DNA of 55,401 bases, counting the filler, from Basidiobolus ranarum (Eukaryota): assembly GCA_040143965.1 (NCBI GenBank). It is 4 parts of 4 records of this genome, joined end to end, with 100 filler letters (N's around TTAATTAATTAA, not from the genome) between each part and the next. Parts side by side here need not be neighbours in the genome. Positions count along the whole stretch, not along the records: positions 27,773 to 41,546 come from JASJQH010007337.1; positions 41,647 to 55,401 come from JASJQH010007338.1; 2 more parts are not named here. One strand, written 5' to 3'. The stretch's first letter is position 1, and each line of letters opens with the position of its first letter. This document shows positions 38,852 through 51,459 of this stretch, piece by piece. The notes under the pieces are model-generated. The model worked only from the letters and a program-made list of their open reading frames with translations, was not told where the DNA came from and made no database searches. Both the position numbers and the translations under genes were made by a program.

Positions 38852-40205
38852 TGTTGAAATTGGCATTGTCTGAACACCTATATAGTCATATATAGCTTAG
38901 TACTTAGTTATCTTAGAGCTCACTAAGATATTTTCCATTATTCTCAATTGGAATTTACTGGGAATATTTTTACCAATTTAGAAGTTCTTGGATATATAGA
39001 TTTTTCAAGCTTGTGCTAGAAGCCCCAAACTTTGCACACCTGCTTCAGAGACCTTTCTTAGCACATTCTACATGTTAGTTTGCTTACATCTTGACAAAAC
39101 CATAAATGTCAACTTTATACTCAATAAGTCCATAAGTGAAAACCACCAATTCCTCTAGTTCTCCAAACCACTTCCAACAGGCTCCCAAATACTTTAACAG
39201 GTTATGAGCCCCAGGCTGGCACTCTCTGTAATATCTACTTCCCAACTGTATGGAACTTTTCCTCTGCCTGAAAAATTGGATGGAACCAATTATCAAGTTT
39301 GGAAAATCAAAATGAAAATGCTGCTGCAAGAAAAAGGACTTTGGGACATTGTTTCAGGAAAAGAAAACAATGCCAAACTAGCCAAAACCAAGGTTTTACC
39401 CAAGGTTAAACAAGAACACAGTGCCTTTAACTCAATTTGTCTTAATGTTAAAGACAAATTGCTAATTAATTGTTAATGAGCTAAAACTGCCAAGAAGGTA
39501 TGGAAAGCCTTGCAAGGCACCTACCAAACAAGTTCTGCTGCCAACAAGATGTTTCTAAGAAGATAATCTTTGACTTAAGGATGAGGCCAGAAGAAGACAT
39601 TAAATCACTAATTGATAGAGTCACTATACCAGTAGATGAAATGGAATGCATTGGAGCACCTACTACTGATCAAGATATCATGTCTACAGTCCTGAATAGC
39701 CTGCCACACAACTTTCAGAGCCTTGTAATGTCTCTAGAATCAAGAACTGAAAATTTAACCTAAGACTATGTATTTGGCAGACTTCTGGATGAAGTTTATG
39801 CAAATTGGGATCCAACCTAAAGAATGAAGAAAATGCTTTAACAGGCTATGGGAAACCTTCCTATAAAGGTCAAAAACACTCTAAGAAGAAAAGTGACATT
39901 CTGTGATTACTGTAAAAGAACTGGCCACTTGAGCAAAGATTGCTTTAAAAGAATTGCAAAAGAGGAAGAATGTACTGAATCTGGAAATGTAGTTACAACA
40001 GAAGATCATATCTTCACATCTGCTCTATCTATGACTACCAACAAGGATTCTCAGACATAGTATATTGATTCTAGAGTCTCCCAACATTTCACAAATGAAA
40101 AACATTGGTTTGTGAATTATGAAGAAATCCCAATTAGAATGGTTTTCATAAGAGATAATCACATATTGGATCCTATTGAAATGGGAACAATTCAAGTCTA
40201 TTTAA
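38852..40205 (+). mobile_element. Truncated Ty1/copia (Hemivirus-type) retrotransposon: 5' LTR 38852-39199, PBS, decayed gag-protease
   Basis: TGTT...AACA LTR followed by GGTTATGAGCCC. Gag KLDGTNYQVWKIKMKMLLQEKGLWDIV and VLNSLPHNF, zinc knuckle CDYCKRTGHLSKDC, protease-like *YIDSRVSQHF. Stops and frameshifts; no integrase or RT. Confidence 0.95.
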
Positions 40206-41400
40206 CCCCAAACAAAAATAAAATCAATTTGATCTGGATTGAATCCACCTTTCTGGATTGCAAAACCATCAGAGAACCATCACAAAATTGGCAGCTTTCA
40301 TTCTGCCAGGGATTTTGATGGTGAGATGGTGGCTTCTTGACAGTATCTTGATGGTATTCATACATGCTAAAATTTTGATCCTCATATTTGGCATGTGTTA
40401 TTTAATTTCTGGCAATTTTAGCAAAATCTAATTTTCAAATAGCAAATTACTGGGTTTAATGCTGTAGGAATTCAAATTAATATGCATGCCTTTATTTAGA
40501 TATATTAGGATTTGTATTCCAGCCATAATGAGGATCAAAAAATACAAGATTCTTGTTGTGTTTAGTGTCTATATATGCACATACTTGACTGATCAGACCT
40601 AACTCAACAACTTCAATATGCTTTACCAGCAAACTAACAGTGGAAAAGTTGCTAAACATCTGGAATTTTGAATACCACTGACACTTGGCAAATAGCTGAC
40701 TCTTGTTACCATTCACAATGAGAATAAGCTCTTGGATTTTGGCAAATTTCCATAAAGAATTCAGCAAAAATATCCCAAACTTGCAGTCAACAATGTCCTG
40801 CCACAAGTAGATGTGTCATTACTCAAATAGTTTACCTCATGGCTAAAATGATAATACTGCATATCTCAATCTATCTCACCTAGGAGTCTGTCTTGCAGCT
40901 TTCCTAAAAATACCATCAGATTATCACACAAACAAATTAGTCTGCATTATAGAGGTACTTACTCTGTGGCCATGGATAGGGTTTTGTTACTGTTATTGTG
41001 CTCAAACAATGCAAAACCCATGAGCACATTCAAAAGAGCCCTTTATTGGATGATTAATATACTCTGGAGTCCTCTTAACCCATTGCATTACATCCATTGC
41101 TGATTTTGCTGACACTTTGTTAATCAGATTAGCATATGGTAATACAGACCATTTCACACAAAGCTTCATTTCACCACAGGTGTGCTCCATTGGGAACTCC
41201 CAGAATGTATAGCAAGGGCCTATAATCTCTAAGCATTGTGAAAGATATAGCAGGGAATATATTGAATACCAGTGTAGATTCAGTCTATCATCTCAAAACC
41301 TGCAATAAAGTCTTTCATATCTAATTACCAAATCTTTGCACAGTTGCTGTATCTTGAATGAGGATGCACTGGTAGTGATTTATCTATGGATATGAAAAGT
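40205..41400. repeat. Unidentified degenerate repeat, copy B
   Basis: Matches copy A (37720-38815). A short third match ATTGGGAACTCCCAGAAT lies near 43975. Confidence 0.78.
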
Positions 41401-41546
41401 AACAGATTACTGAATGTGTAACAATAAACAATTTGTACTGTAACTTACCCAATCAAATGTATAACCAAGACATTCACATGTTTTTAGGCCAATCATTTGT
41501 CCCTCACTAACACAGTATCCTGCTTTTCAATTGGGCACAACAGCTC

Positions 41547-41646
41547 NNNNNNNNNNNNNNNNNNNNNNNNNNNNNNNNNNNNNNNNNNNNTTAATTAATT
41601 AANNNNNNNNNNNNNNNNNNNNNNNNNNNNNNNNNNNNNNNNNNNN
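41547..41646. other. Assembly gap with artificial linker
   Basis: N-run + TTAATTAATTAA + N-run. Confidence 0.97.
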
Positions 41647-41759
41647 TATCTTCCTTGTCCAGTCTTGTCTTGTCTTGTCTTGTGGTCTACACCCAAGTAC
41701 TCTCCTGCCTTCTAGCCTCTTGTTGTTGTTCCTAGTCCTTGTCCAGTTCCTTATTGTGA

Positions 41760-42328
41760 CAGTACTAGGGCTGAATATGAATCAGGGAGACTATTAATCA
41801 TGGCAAGAATCATATTCATGTCAGGTACTTCATGATTTGCTGATTTCAGCTGTTAGGCAAGTTTCTTGACATCATTCATATATGTCTTAATATGTGAATT
41901 CTCAGACATACAAGGGTTTGAGAATTTTCTTCATAGCATCATCAGGTAAGCTAGACCTTTATGCTCATGATGTTCCATTAGGATTTCCCATGCATTCTTT
42001 CCAGGGTTAGCATCTTTGACTAGCTCAAGTTGTTTTGATCCCAGTCTTGGACACATTTCAAATCTGTCTTTTTCATCAAATATTGCCCTGGCTTCTTTAT
42101 ATGTTGGCTTCCTTGTTTCAGTGTCAGAACTTGTACATTCTTCTTCACAAGTTTTTTTTCTTTGTCTGGATGATCTACTTCCCAGATATCTTTCTCTTCA
42201 AGCACAAGTTGCATCTTTAATTTCCATTTATGGAAATTTTCCCCATTGAGTTTTGGCATGTTAGTGATCTCCCTTTGGGAAGTAGAGTCTAATTCACTTG
42301 CTGCTACTATGTTGGAGGATCTTGACAT
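41760..42328 (-). mobile_element. Second, divergent copia gag relic
   Basis: MPKLNGENFHKWKLKMQLVLEEKDIWEV, then NAWEILMEHHE...MILAMINSLPDSYSALV with in-frame stops. Confidence 0.88.
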
Positions 42329-42462
42329 AATGAGGGTCAGCTCTATATATTAGAGGCAACTTACAATAGTGTTTTAGTTACTTCATTCTTGAGAAAACAT
42401 GGTGACTCATAGTGGAGAAGTAAACTATTTATTTAAGATATTCATATGTTTGTGTAATAAGA

Positions 42463-43699
42463 TATAATAGATAAGTGAGGGTAATAAGACATGCTTGTTA
42501 CATAGATATATAGATATACCTAATTAGAATATAGGGGATATATTGCTTTCTGTTGCTGATAAGTGTATTGTAACTAAAGTAGACTAAGATGTTGAATAAA
42601 AGTTAATTACCCAACAGGTCATCTTATATTTCACCAAGATACTACTCAGTACTCCCAATCAAAGTTTACTTAAAATATTTTTACCAACTTAGAAGTTCTC
42701 AGATATATGGATTTTTCAAACTTGTGCTGGAAGAGCCTTGTTGATGAAGCTCTGCTGTCCTTATAACCATAGCAGGAGGAAGTGGAGTTTTTGTTTTTGA
42801 AGAGGGAGTGAATCACACAGAGTTCAAGTAAAGGACAAATTGAAGAGCAAGAAGTAGTATGTAAGTATTTAGAGAGAGTTACAAGCAAAGTATGGGTAAA
42901 ATAGACTTGCATTCAGAATCATTAGGAAATTGCTAGAGTCAAATTCATTACTATACAAATTGGCAGATGTTAATTTACACTTGATAAAACAAAGTTATGC
43001 ATAAATCTTTCACCATTTTAATCATTTACAATCATCAAAACTGATAATATATCTATAGATATTTTTACATATGGTCATTAAGTATATAAGCTTTCAAGCT
43101 ATATTAAATATAAAATCACAACTTTACAAATAAGAATATGTCTACACTCATTTTTCTACATATCCATATTTATCAATTGAATATGTATTTATTTTCTAAG
43201 AATATATATGAGGTACAAGAAAATGTACTAAATAAGGAAAGCTCAAATTTTACAAAAGTATTGATATAGCTTTGAGAAGCCTACTGTAATCTGAAAGAAA
43301 ATACCAGTATTTAAATATTTTGAATGTCATTTGGCTTTTTCAAAATGCTTCCAAACTTGCAAACCATTCCTTTACTTCATTAATATAGATGCTAGCATGG
43401 TAGTGCTTATATGTTATGTAGCTTAATAGTAAAGCTCTATGCAGGAGCCAGAAAATTAATAATCAGCTATACAAGTACAGCAACTATACAAACCTATTCA
43501 GTTGTTCAGTAACATTTTGAAATATTGCCAAATGGACTGTATAATAGATAAGTAGGGGTAATAAGATATACTGGTTATATAGGTATAGAGATATTCCTAA
43601 TTAGAGTATAGAGGCCATAGATATGCTGCTTTCTGTTTCTGATATATGTATCATAACTAAAGTTAATTAAGATGTTGAATAAAGATTAATTATTCAACA
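42463..43699 (+). repeat. Two diverged direct copies (42463-42616, 43540-43699) of a second LTR-like sequence, interleaved with fragments of the first LTR family (about 42660-42735, 43703-43808)
   Basis: Both copies share TATAATAGATAAGT...GGTAATAAGA...CCTAATTAGA...TGCTTTCTGTT...AAGATGTTGAATAAA and end in CAACA. Confidence 0.72.
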
Positions 43700-44412
43700 A
43701 TAAGTAAGTTCCTGTTGAGAATGGTAAGAGATTTCATAGTGAAATATGGCATAACTAAATACAAATCTATATATGACTAAATTGATGTTCAGACTGCTAA
43801 TTCAGCAATGCATTGATAGATTGGATGAGCTTCTAATCAATTTTTCATAGTCAGAAATCAGTTTTTCTCCCATATTGTAGTGTAATTTGGTTGTCAAATC
43901 AGGAACAAGTGCAATTTTGGCCAATTTTTTGCAGGTATTTCACCTGGAACCACATCTTGCCACAAGTATACTCTATTGGGAACTCCCAGAATATATAGGA
44001 AAAGTTAGGGTTAGTCAGTTGTTATGAGTTCCTTTTGTTCTGTAGTGCGATAATGCCAAAGGATATGTTAGGAGTAAATGAAAAAATTGGAGATTGGATT
44101 GGGCGATATTGATAAGTGGAATCCAGTGAATAGAATTGTAATAATACACTTAATTAGCCTCAACGTAGATCAATATCGTCAAGGAAATGAAAATCTCTTT
44201 TTCAGTCTCTATTTAGTGTGATGTTTCGATTTATTGGTGGTTCAGAGCAACTTTGAATATTGTTAAGGAATTAATCTATAGCCCTACAACTTTGAACATG
44301 TACATAATGTTAGCCATGGCATTACAGCTAGTAACTATATACTTGAAGGAGAACTTTATTAGACACCTTAATGCATTCAAGAGACATTTTTAATAATCGT
44401 ACTGCACATTAC

Positions 44413-44527
44413 CCATTCAAGAGATATCTAAGCCATTCAAGAGATATTTAAGCCATTCAAGAAATATTTGAGCGATTTAAGAGATATTTGAACCATATAC
44501 TATCGTAATCTAACTATCGTAATCTAG
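44413..44527. repeat. Minisatellite: four degenerate 20-bp units plus a 14-bp tandem duplication
   Basis: CCATTCAAGAGATAT(C/T)TAAG x4 (44413-44492), then ACTATCGTAATCTA x2. Confidence 0.85.
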
Positions 44528-44876
44528 AATGCCATTAAATAGGAAACAGTTCTATTGAGCTTCGAACCAGAGTAAGACTGGCCCCTATATGAAAAATCGA
44601 TTCACTAATGAAGACGATCCAATGAGGGCTAGAGCCAATATGACTGCTTCTATTTGACAACAATTAACTAAAGCCGAGAAAAGTTTACAACATCTACGCG
44701 TTCAACAGACTCAGTAGATTTTGGAACACACAAAGGAAGGAATTTAATTAAGCAGTTTATCAAACGCCAATATATACTGGTCACATTACAATAGATCAAC
44801 ACTGTTACATGTTTCAGTTTCCGTATCATATGTCATGAACTTAAATCGTAGACACGAATTTCCCAGATAACCTCTT

Positions 44877-46613
44877 ATGCCAGACCTAACACTACAAGCG
44901 ATAGTAGGCCGTGTACTTTCTGCTGACCGTACAAGAGCCCACTTTACTCCAGAAGCATTTTCCTTTTATTCTAATGAGCCACTTAAGGGCAACTTTCCCT
45001 CATCAAACATCCTTCTCACTTTGCTCACTACTTTTCCCCCAATCTCAACCGTCACCTGCTTTGATTTCTGTTACATTCCAAGTTGGAAGCCTGAATATTT
45101 ACTACTAATCCCGCGCTTATTCCCCCAATTAAAAGAAATAACAATAACCTCCAAGCATGGAAAGTCACACCCTATTCCAGTGTTTGTACAAGACGTCGTA
45201 AATCTAATGTGGGAACTTCCCTTGGAGGTGATTGAGCTTCATCAAGTGTTGGTGGATAAAAACAGAACTATGGCTTTACCTAGAGGTAGACCACTTTCTG
45301 CGCACACTTTACGGGTATGGAAGGCGCGTACGTGCGACAAGGTTTTCAACGACACAACTTGGGAACTTTTCCCCAATGTAGAGGTTTATCAAGACAATCA
45401 TCTTCCCTTCAGTATTCTATCCAAGTGGAGTAAACTTAAAGAGCTAGTCTCAATGGTGATTATTGCTGAAACAAACCTGAACTTTGTTCATCCTGGTTTG
45501 GAAAAATTCTCTTTTCTTGTTGCTATGAGAAGGAAACTTAAAACATGGAGTATCGCTGGTTCAGCTCCGAGACTCAAACAGTTCAAGTTCGAGTCTTCAA
45601 GATTCCTGAAAATTGAGGGAATTCCAGAAATGCTAACCGCTTGTGAAAATTTGGAGGTAATAGACATAAATTGCGTGGATTCTTGGAAAATCGCTTGGGA
45701 AGTTACTAGAAACTGGAATGCCGGACAAAACACTAAAATCATCATCACCGATAACTTCTCCTCCCTTTCTCAAGAAGATCGTTGGAACTATATCGTGGAG
45801 ATGATTCAAGAAGGAAGAAATTTACATCCACATTCTGTGTTTGTATGTATCAAAGAAGTACGTCAGTTTGAAGAAATCAAGAGCTGGTTGTACGAGGTCT
45901 GCTCAGAGTTGAAGACTGATCACATCGGTGGTTATTTTTGGACACTCGCAGCTGAATCTTTCTCCCCTTTTGTACACCTCACAGCGATTGAATTTTCGAA
46001 AGTCGGTGAGCTAACTACCGTGGCCTTTGATACACTAGTCTCTAATCTTCCACAGTTAGAACGATTACTGCTTACTGCCAGCCCAAGCCATAGTAACAGT
46101 GATTTTACCATAATTCAATTTCAGTCCAACAGCTTACAAACGTTATCTCTGGATGGATTCGTCTATTTGGAGGGATACGATATTCTTAGTCATTCACTGC
46201 GAACGTTAGAGCTGAACAACTGTGGTCATAATCATGACTGCTTTCTGGATGAGATTGAAAACTATCCAAATTTCGGGAATTTTGGGGAACTGTTGTTGCG
46301 TGACCTACTTGACAATAGTCCGCTAGTAACCACCCCTTTCTTAAGGGAATTAACCATCTCTCATGAAAGCTTCGAATCAGAAGCAAGACATGCGGAAAGA
46401 CTATTGGTAGATGTTACTTGTCAAGTTGGGCATCCAAACCTGGAAAAGTTAACCCTTCATAATTGTGCACATGTACACACACTAAAGCTTACCGAATTAC
46501 CCAAGTTAATTGAACTGAACATCACATACGAAGAGAATCTATTCAAGGGGTTAGCAGGATCTGTCAACTTGATTATCGACCAAGATGTTGACGGAGTTGT
46601 TGACCTTCCCTGA
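44877..46613 (+). CDS. Intronless 578-aa protein with degenerate LRR/RNI-like repeats
   Basis: Long open frame with recurring LxxLxL motifs (FPQLKEITI, LPQLERLLL, SLQTLSLDG, SLRTLELNNC, PNLEKLTLHNC, LPKLIELNI). Confidence 0.75.
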   Translation: MPDLTLQAIVGRVLSADRTRAHFTPEAFSFYSNEPLKGNFPSSNILLTLLTTFPPISTVTCFDFCYIPSWKPEYLLLIPRLFPQLKEITITSKHGKSHPIPVFVQDVVNLMWELPLEVIELHQVLVDKNRTMALPRGRPLSAHTLRVWKARTCDKVFNDTTWELFPNVEVYQDNHLPFSILSKWSKLKELVSMVIIAETNLNFVHPGLEKFSFLVAMRRKLKTWSIAGSAPRLKQFKFESSRFLKIEGIPEMLTACENLEVIDINCVDSWKIAWEVTRNWNAGQNTKIIITDNFSSLSQEDRWNYIVEMIQEGRNLHPHSVFVCIKEVRQFEEIKSWLYEVCSELKTDHIGGYFWTLAAESFSPFVHLTAIEFSKVGELTTVAFDTLVSNLPQLERLLLTASPSHSNSDFTIIQFQSNSLQTLSLDGFVYLEGYDILSHSLRTLELNNCGHNHDCFLDEIENYPNFGNFGELLLRDLLDNSPLVTTPFLRELTISHESFESEARHAERLLVDVTCQVGHPNLEKLTLHNCAHVHTLKLTELPKLIELNITYEENLFKGLAGSVNLIIDQDVDGVVDLP

Positions 46614-47177
46614 GCTCTTGGTATGATCGTTTTTGAATTTTGTATAATATATTGACTGAGCTCACTCCCACTCCACACCCACTATGTATCAAACAATAAA
46701 ATTACTAGATGGATAATGGCGGGAATGGCGGAATGGCGGAAACCACCTGATTAACCATCTATTGCGAATATTTAAGCACCACATCAAGTGACACGATTGA
46801 AATCCGGTTAGGCTTGGAAGTTTAATCACGTCTTAGTGGGATTTCGGAGTTAGAAGCGCCGAGAGTTTAACAAACTGAACCGCAGAAAATCACAGATCTC
46901 GATCACTGAATAGAATTTGTATCAAAAGTATTCACACGAAACAATGTGAATTTAATATACTAACTTGACGACTCGTGATTCCCCCTTATGGCCAAGATTG
47001 CCGGTGTTAGTGGATTTAGCCAATTACGTAGTATTGCCTGAAGTGATAATTTGCTTATATGACACTTACTCATGGGTGGCAGATCTCTTAAAATCCTTAT
47101 TTTGCATTCTCATCACGTTCGATAAGATTTGTAGACTAAAGTGACCTCCTGTATAGTAAATTCTACCCAAACCTCAT

Positions 47178-48960
47178 ATGACACTAGAACTACGTCCTCA
47201 AGCTGAGGCATTTGAAGACTTGGCCATTGGCACAGCACCAGTGAATGTTGCTGAAACAAATATAGCTGGCAAAGGGCTATCCGTTAGCGACGAAACCACG
47301 AATCTATTAGGTGATGCTAAAGCGAGACTCGACATCGACCCAGCGAAATGGCGTTTTGAAGTTGGCAAGGAAGCCTATATGATTTTGGTTAAAGCAGTGC
47401 CTATTCTGATTGCGTCTCTCTTGACCAACGTCACTAGATATGCAACAGTATTTTCCTTGGGGCGTCTGGTAGGGTTCAGAATATTTTAAGGTGTACTTGC
47501 TATTTTCCTAACTTTATATTCCATCACAAGGGCACAAAAGAGTTGGCGGCTTGTGCTTTGGCGGGAGTCTTCGAAGCATGCTCCGCTATTTCACCCTTTT
47601 TGGGAGTTCTAACAGCATTAGAGACATTGTGTAGTCAAGCACATACCGGTAGCGAGAACAAACACATGTTGGGCATTTATCTTCAACGAGCCATTACTCT
47701 CCAACTTATATCTTTTGTTCCAATAATATGGATTTGGTCTTATGCCGAGCAAATCTTAGTTGCAATCGGACAGAATCCCGAAATTGCTCACATGGCTGGT
47801 CAATTTATAATTTGGTCGATACCTGGAGTGATGTCGATAATCCTCGCTGAGTGTGTAAAAAAATTTCTGAATGCACAAGGTTCCAGAAATCCGAATTATT
47901 TTTATTCTCTATATTGTATTCTAACTCTGGCTATAAATAGGCATCATGCGTGCTTCTGCTTATGTGTCTGCTATTACGGCGCCTATAAGCTTAGTTCTAT
48001 TCTACTTTCTCGTTGTAAATCCACCTACGTCTCTCGGATTTATTGGTGCACCGATTGCCGCCGGAATCACCAACTTTCTTTCATTAATATTGTACGTTGG
48101 ATATGCGATCCTCATAGAAGGTAAACAAGGATGGGGAGGCTTTAGCAAAGAGGCCTTTAAGGGGTGGTGGCCATTTATGAAGCTTGGACTCCCAGGAATG
48201 ATCATGATATGTAGCGAGCTTTGGGCTTTTGAAATCATCTCGTTGTGTGCGTCTTACCTTGGCACGGTTGCATTAGCAGCCCAGTCTATTATTGGAACCA
48301 CTTTGATGCTGTTTATCATGGTGTCCTTAGGTAAGTTGGCCTCCACTTGTATCTACGTTACTGATGATTGCTCAAAACGGTGATTTATGCTACAAAGGTA
48401 TCACCATCGCTGCATGCAATCGAGTTGGAAATCTCATAGGATCTGCACAGCCGCATCGTGCAGCACTTGTTGCTAAAATAACGTTAGCGATGGGTACAGT
48501 TATAGGAGTTCTGAACTGCACTACTGTCTGGGCCTTGCGGGATTCATGGGGGTATATGTATAACAAAAATGAAGAGGTGGTCTTGTTCGTTTCCAACATC
48601 CTCCCCGTTGTTGCAATTATATTGGTAAAGTGTCTTCACATATCATTATATGTACGGCTCTTGTACTAACCAACAGTTCTCTTTTCTCAGCTTTTTCAAT
48701 CGATGGGAGGGGTTTGCAATGGTATTTTACGCGGGTTGGGCAAGCAAAAGGTCGGAGCTTTCATTAAAGTTGGATCCTATTATGTCGTTGCTCTGCCGAT
48801 CGGACTCTTGCTGACCTTTTATGGAGGGTTTGGATTGAAAGGTCTCTGGATGGGGATTATGAGTGCATACATTGTATGCTTTGTTTTGGAACTCATCGTT
48901 GTGATGCGTACTGACTGGAACGTTGAAGTTAGAAAGTGTCTTCACAGAATATCTGCTTGA
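47178..48960 (+). CDS. MATE family transporter (Erc1-like, multi-exon)
   Basis: LGRLGTKELAACALA, ALETLCSQAHTG, KKFLNAQG, KLGLPGMIMICSELWAFEI, NRVGNLIGS and NGILRGLGKQKVGA...YYVVALP motifs. Confidence 0.93.
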
Positions 48961-49485
48961 AGATCATTTGCACCATATCCCTAACAATTTCTATACCTGC
49001 CCACATACCTACCCCAATAATCCTCATATACTTACCATATATGCAATAAACCAAGCATCTAGCCATTTGTGCAGTCATGGTCAATGGTGGTGTTATATAT
49101 GTTTAAACGATCTGTGCAATTGAAAAATTCCTGGATATTTTGTACGACAGCATAACCTAAAATCACTGATTTTTGGATTGCAATATTACTGTAGTCAAGT
49201 GTGTGGATGATTAAATATGCATTTGATGGGTAGAGGAGATGATATTTATGCATTGTGGTGGTACTTCAGTAATTAATCAATTGCGTAAATGCTATTTTGG
49301 ATGACCAGCCCCTGTCTTTGTCTTAGGTGTACTCCTTTAGTGACCTGGGTTGAATCGTTTCTGGTCTCCTGACATTTCAAAAGCGTATTATCAATTATCC
49401 TATTCTTGATACCTTTCTCCTTCACTAGCAAGCCATTGTATTTTAACTTTTTATAAACCATTCTATTTTGAAATAACTTTCCAAC

Positions 49486-51309
49486 ATGGTAACCTACTAC
49501 TAATGCTTAAACAAATTTGCTACGCGTAACAGTAATAACTGACTTCTTTACTTGAACGTGAACTTGTTTAGGATGAAGAATACGACGTCATTGTTTTGGG
49601 TACTGGTTTAACCGAATGTATCCTCTCCGGTTTACTCTCGGTTGAGGGTAAGAAAGTCCTTCATATGGACAGAAATGATTACTATGGTGGTGAAAGTGCC
49701 AGTTTAAACCTTACTCAGGTAAACTACATCATCATCAGAACTTTATATACCAGTGAACTTGATCTTTACTTAACTCACCCTTCTCGCCTATAATTCTTTC
49801 AGCTTTACAAAAAATTCCGTGCTGGTCAAGAACCTCCTTCCTCTCTCGGTCGTGATCGTGAGTATAATGTGGATTTGATTCCCAAATTCATGATGGCAAG
49901 TGGTGAACTTGTCAAGATTTTGACTCATACCGACGTCACTCGTTATTTGGAATTCAGACAGATTGATGGCTCTTACGTCTATCGTAGTGGTAAAATCAAT
50001 AAAGTCCCTTCCAACGAAGTCGAGGCTCTTACCAGTCCTTTGATGGGCTTCTTTGAAAAGCGTCGTGCCAAGAAATTCTTTGAATTCCTTCAGAACTGGA
50101 AGGATGAAGATCCTTCTACTCACCAAGGTAAGTATTTAACTGTGATTTTATTCTGTAGTATAATATACTTAATTTGATGCTGTTATTTAGGACTTGACTT
50201 GGACAGAGATACCATGGAAGAAGTTTACACCAAATTCGGTCTCGAACCCGGGACCAAGGATTTTGTTGGTCACGCCATGGCTTTGTATCTGGATGATAGG
50301 TATGTGATTCTCCGAATGGATGATTGAAATGTTTCTGAAACTCTCACTAATTGCAACACGTTTAATTAGTTACCTTAACAAACCTGCTCGTGAAGCTTAC
50401 GAGCGTATTGTTCTCTATATCACCTCTATGGCTAGATACGGAAAGAGTCCTTATATCTACCCTCTTTATGGATTAGGAGAGCTTCCCCAAGGATTTGCTA
50501 GGTTCATATCGAGATTACAATATTGTTTATTAGGACCTCCCACTTAATTATTGCTTTGTTAGATTGAGTGCTATCTATGGTGGTACATACATGCTTGATA
50601 AAAAGATCGACGAGATCATTTATGATGACAATGGTGTCTTCCAAGGAGTCAAGTCTGAGGGAGAGACTGTCCGTGCCAAGCAAGTCATCGGTGATCCATC
50701 TTACTTCTCCGACAAAGTCCGTAAAGTCCATCAGGTTGTTCGGGCCATCTGTCTTCTTCAACACCCTATCCCGAACACAAACAATGCCGATTCCATTCAA
50801 ATTGTAATTCCTCAAAACCAGATCGGCAGAAAGAACGGTAAAGTACAAACTTATAGTCAAAGTAGGTTAGACTATGTTGCTTAAATGTTATCTTTAGATA
50901 TCTACATTGCATGCGTCTCAGCTGCGCACAACGTTTGTGCTCCCAACTACTATCTGGCCATTGTCTCTACCATCGTTGAAACTGGCAACCCAGAGGCTGA
51001 AATCAAACCCGCTATGGACTTACTCGGTCCTGTCACTGAAAAGTAATATTTGTTTGAAATGCTTTGATTTGATTCACAGACAAACTAATCCCCTGTTTCA
51101 TTAGGTTTGTTTCTATTTCAGATCTTGAAGAACCTAAGGAGGATGGCAGCAAGGACCAAGTGTTCATTTCCCGCTCCTATGATGCCACATCCCACTTTGA
51201 ATCGGTATGTGATGAAGTCAAAGATGTGTACAAGCGTGTTACCGGACATGAGCTTGTGCTTACAAAACGTTTAAGACAAGAGGAAGAACAAGCAGAGATG
51301 GCTGCCTAA
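49486..51309 (+). CDS. GDI1: Rab GDP-dissociation inhibitor (multi-exon)
   Basis: [86 protein letters not shown] and [16 protein letters not shown] 51307-51309. Confidence 0.97.
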
Positions 51310-51459
51310 TGCCACCAACCCACCATTTACTTTTTCAATGGAATGTATTCAGATAACTTTTAAATAAATTTCCAGATTAATGCAGTATTTGCAAGATTTA
51401 TGTATTCGTATGTGACAGGAAGATTCGACTACAATAGAAGATACTAGAGAATTCATTTT

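Noticed and set aside
44413-44492. Regularly spaced repeats resembling a CRISPR array
   Set aside because: Head-to-tail tandem units with no unique spacers, eukaryotic context and no cas genes.
46715-46741. (AATGGCGG)x3 upstream of the MATE gene, and (TCTTG)n near 41660
   Set aside because: Short simple repeats with no evidence of function.
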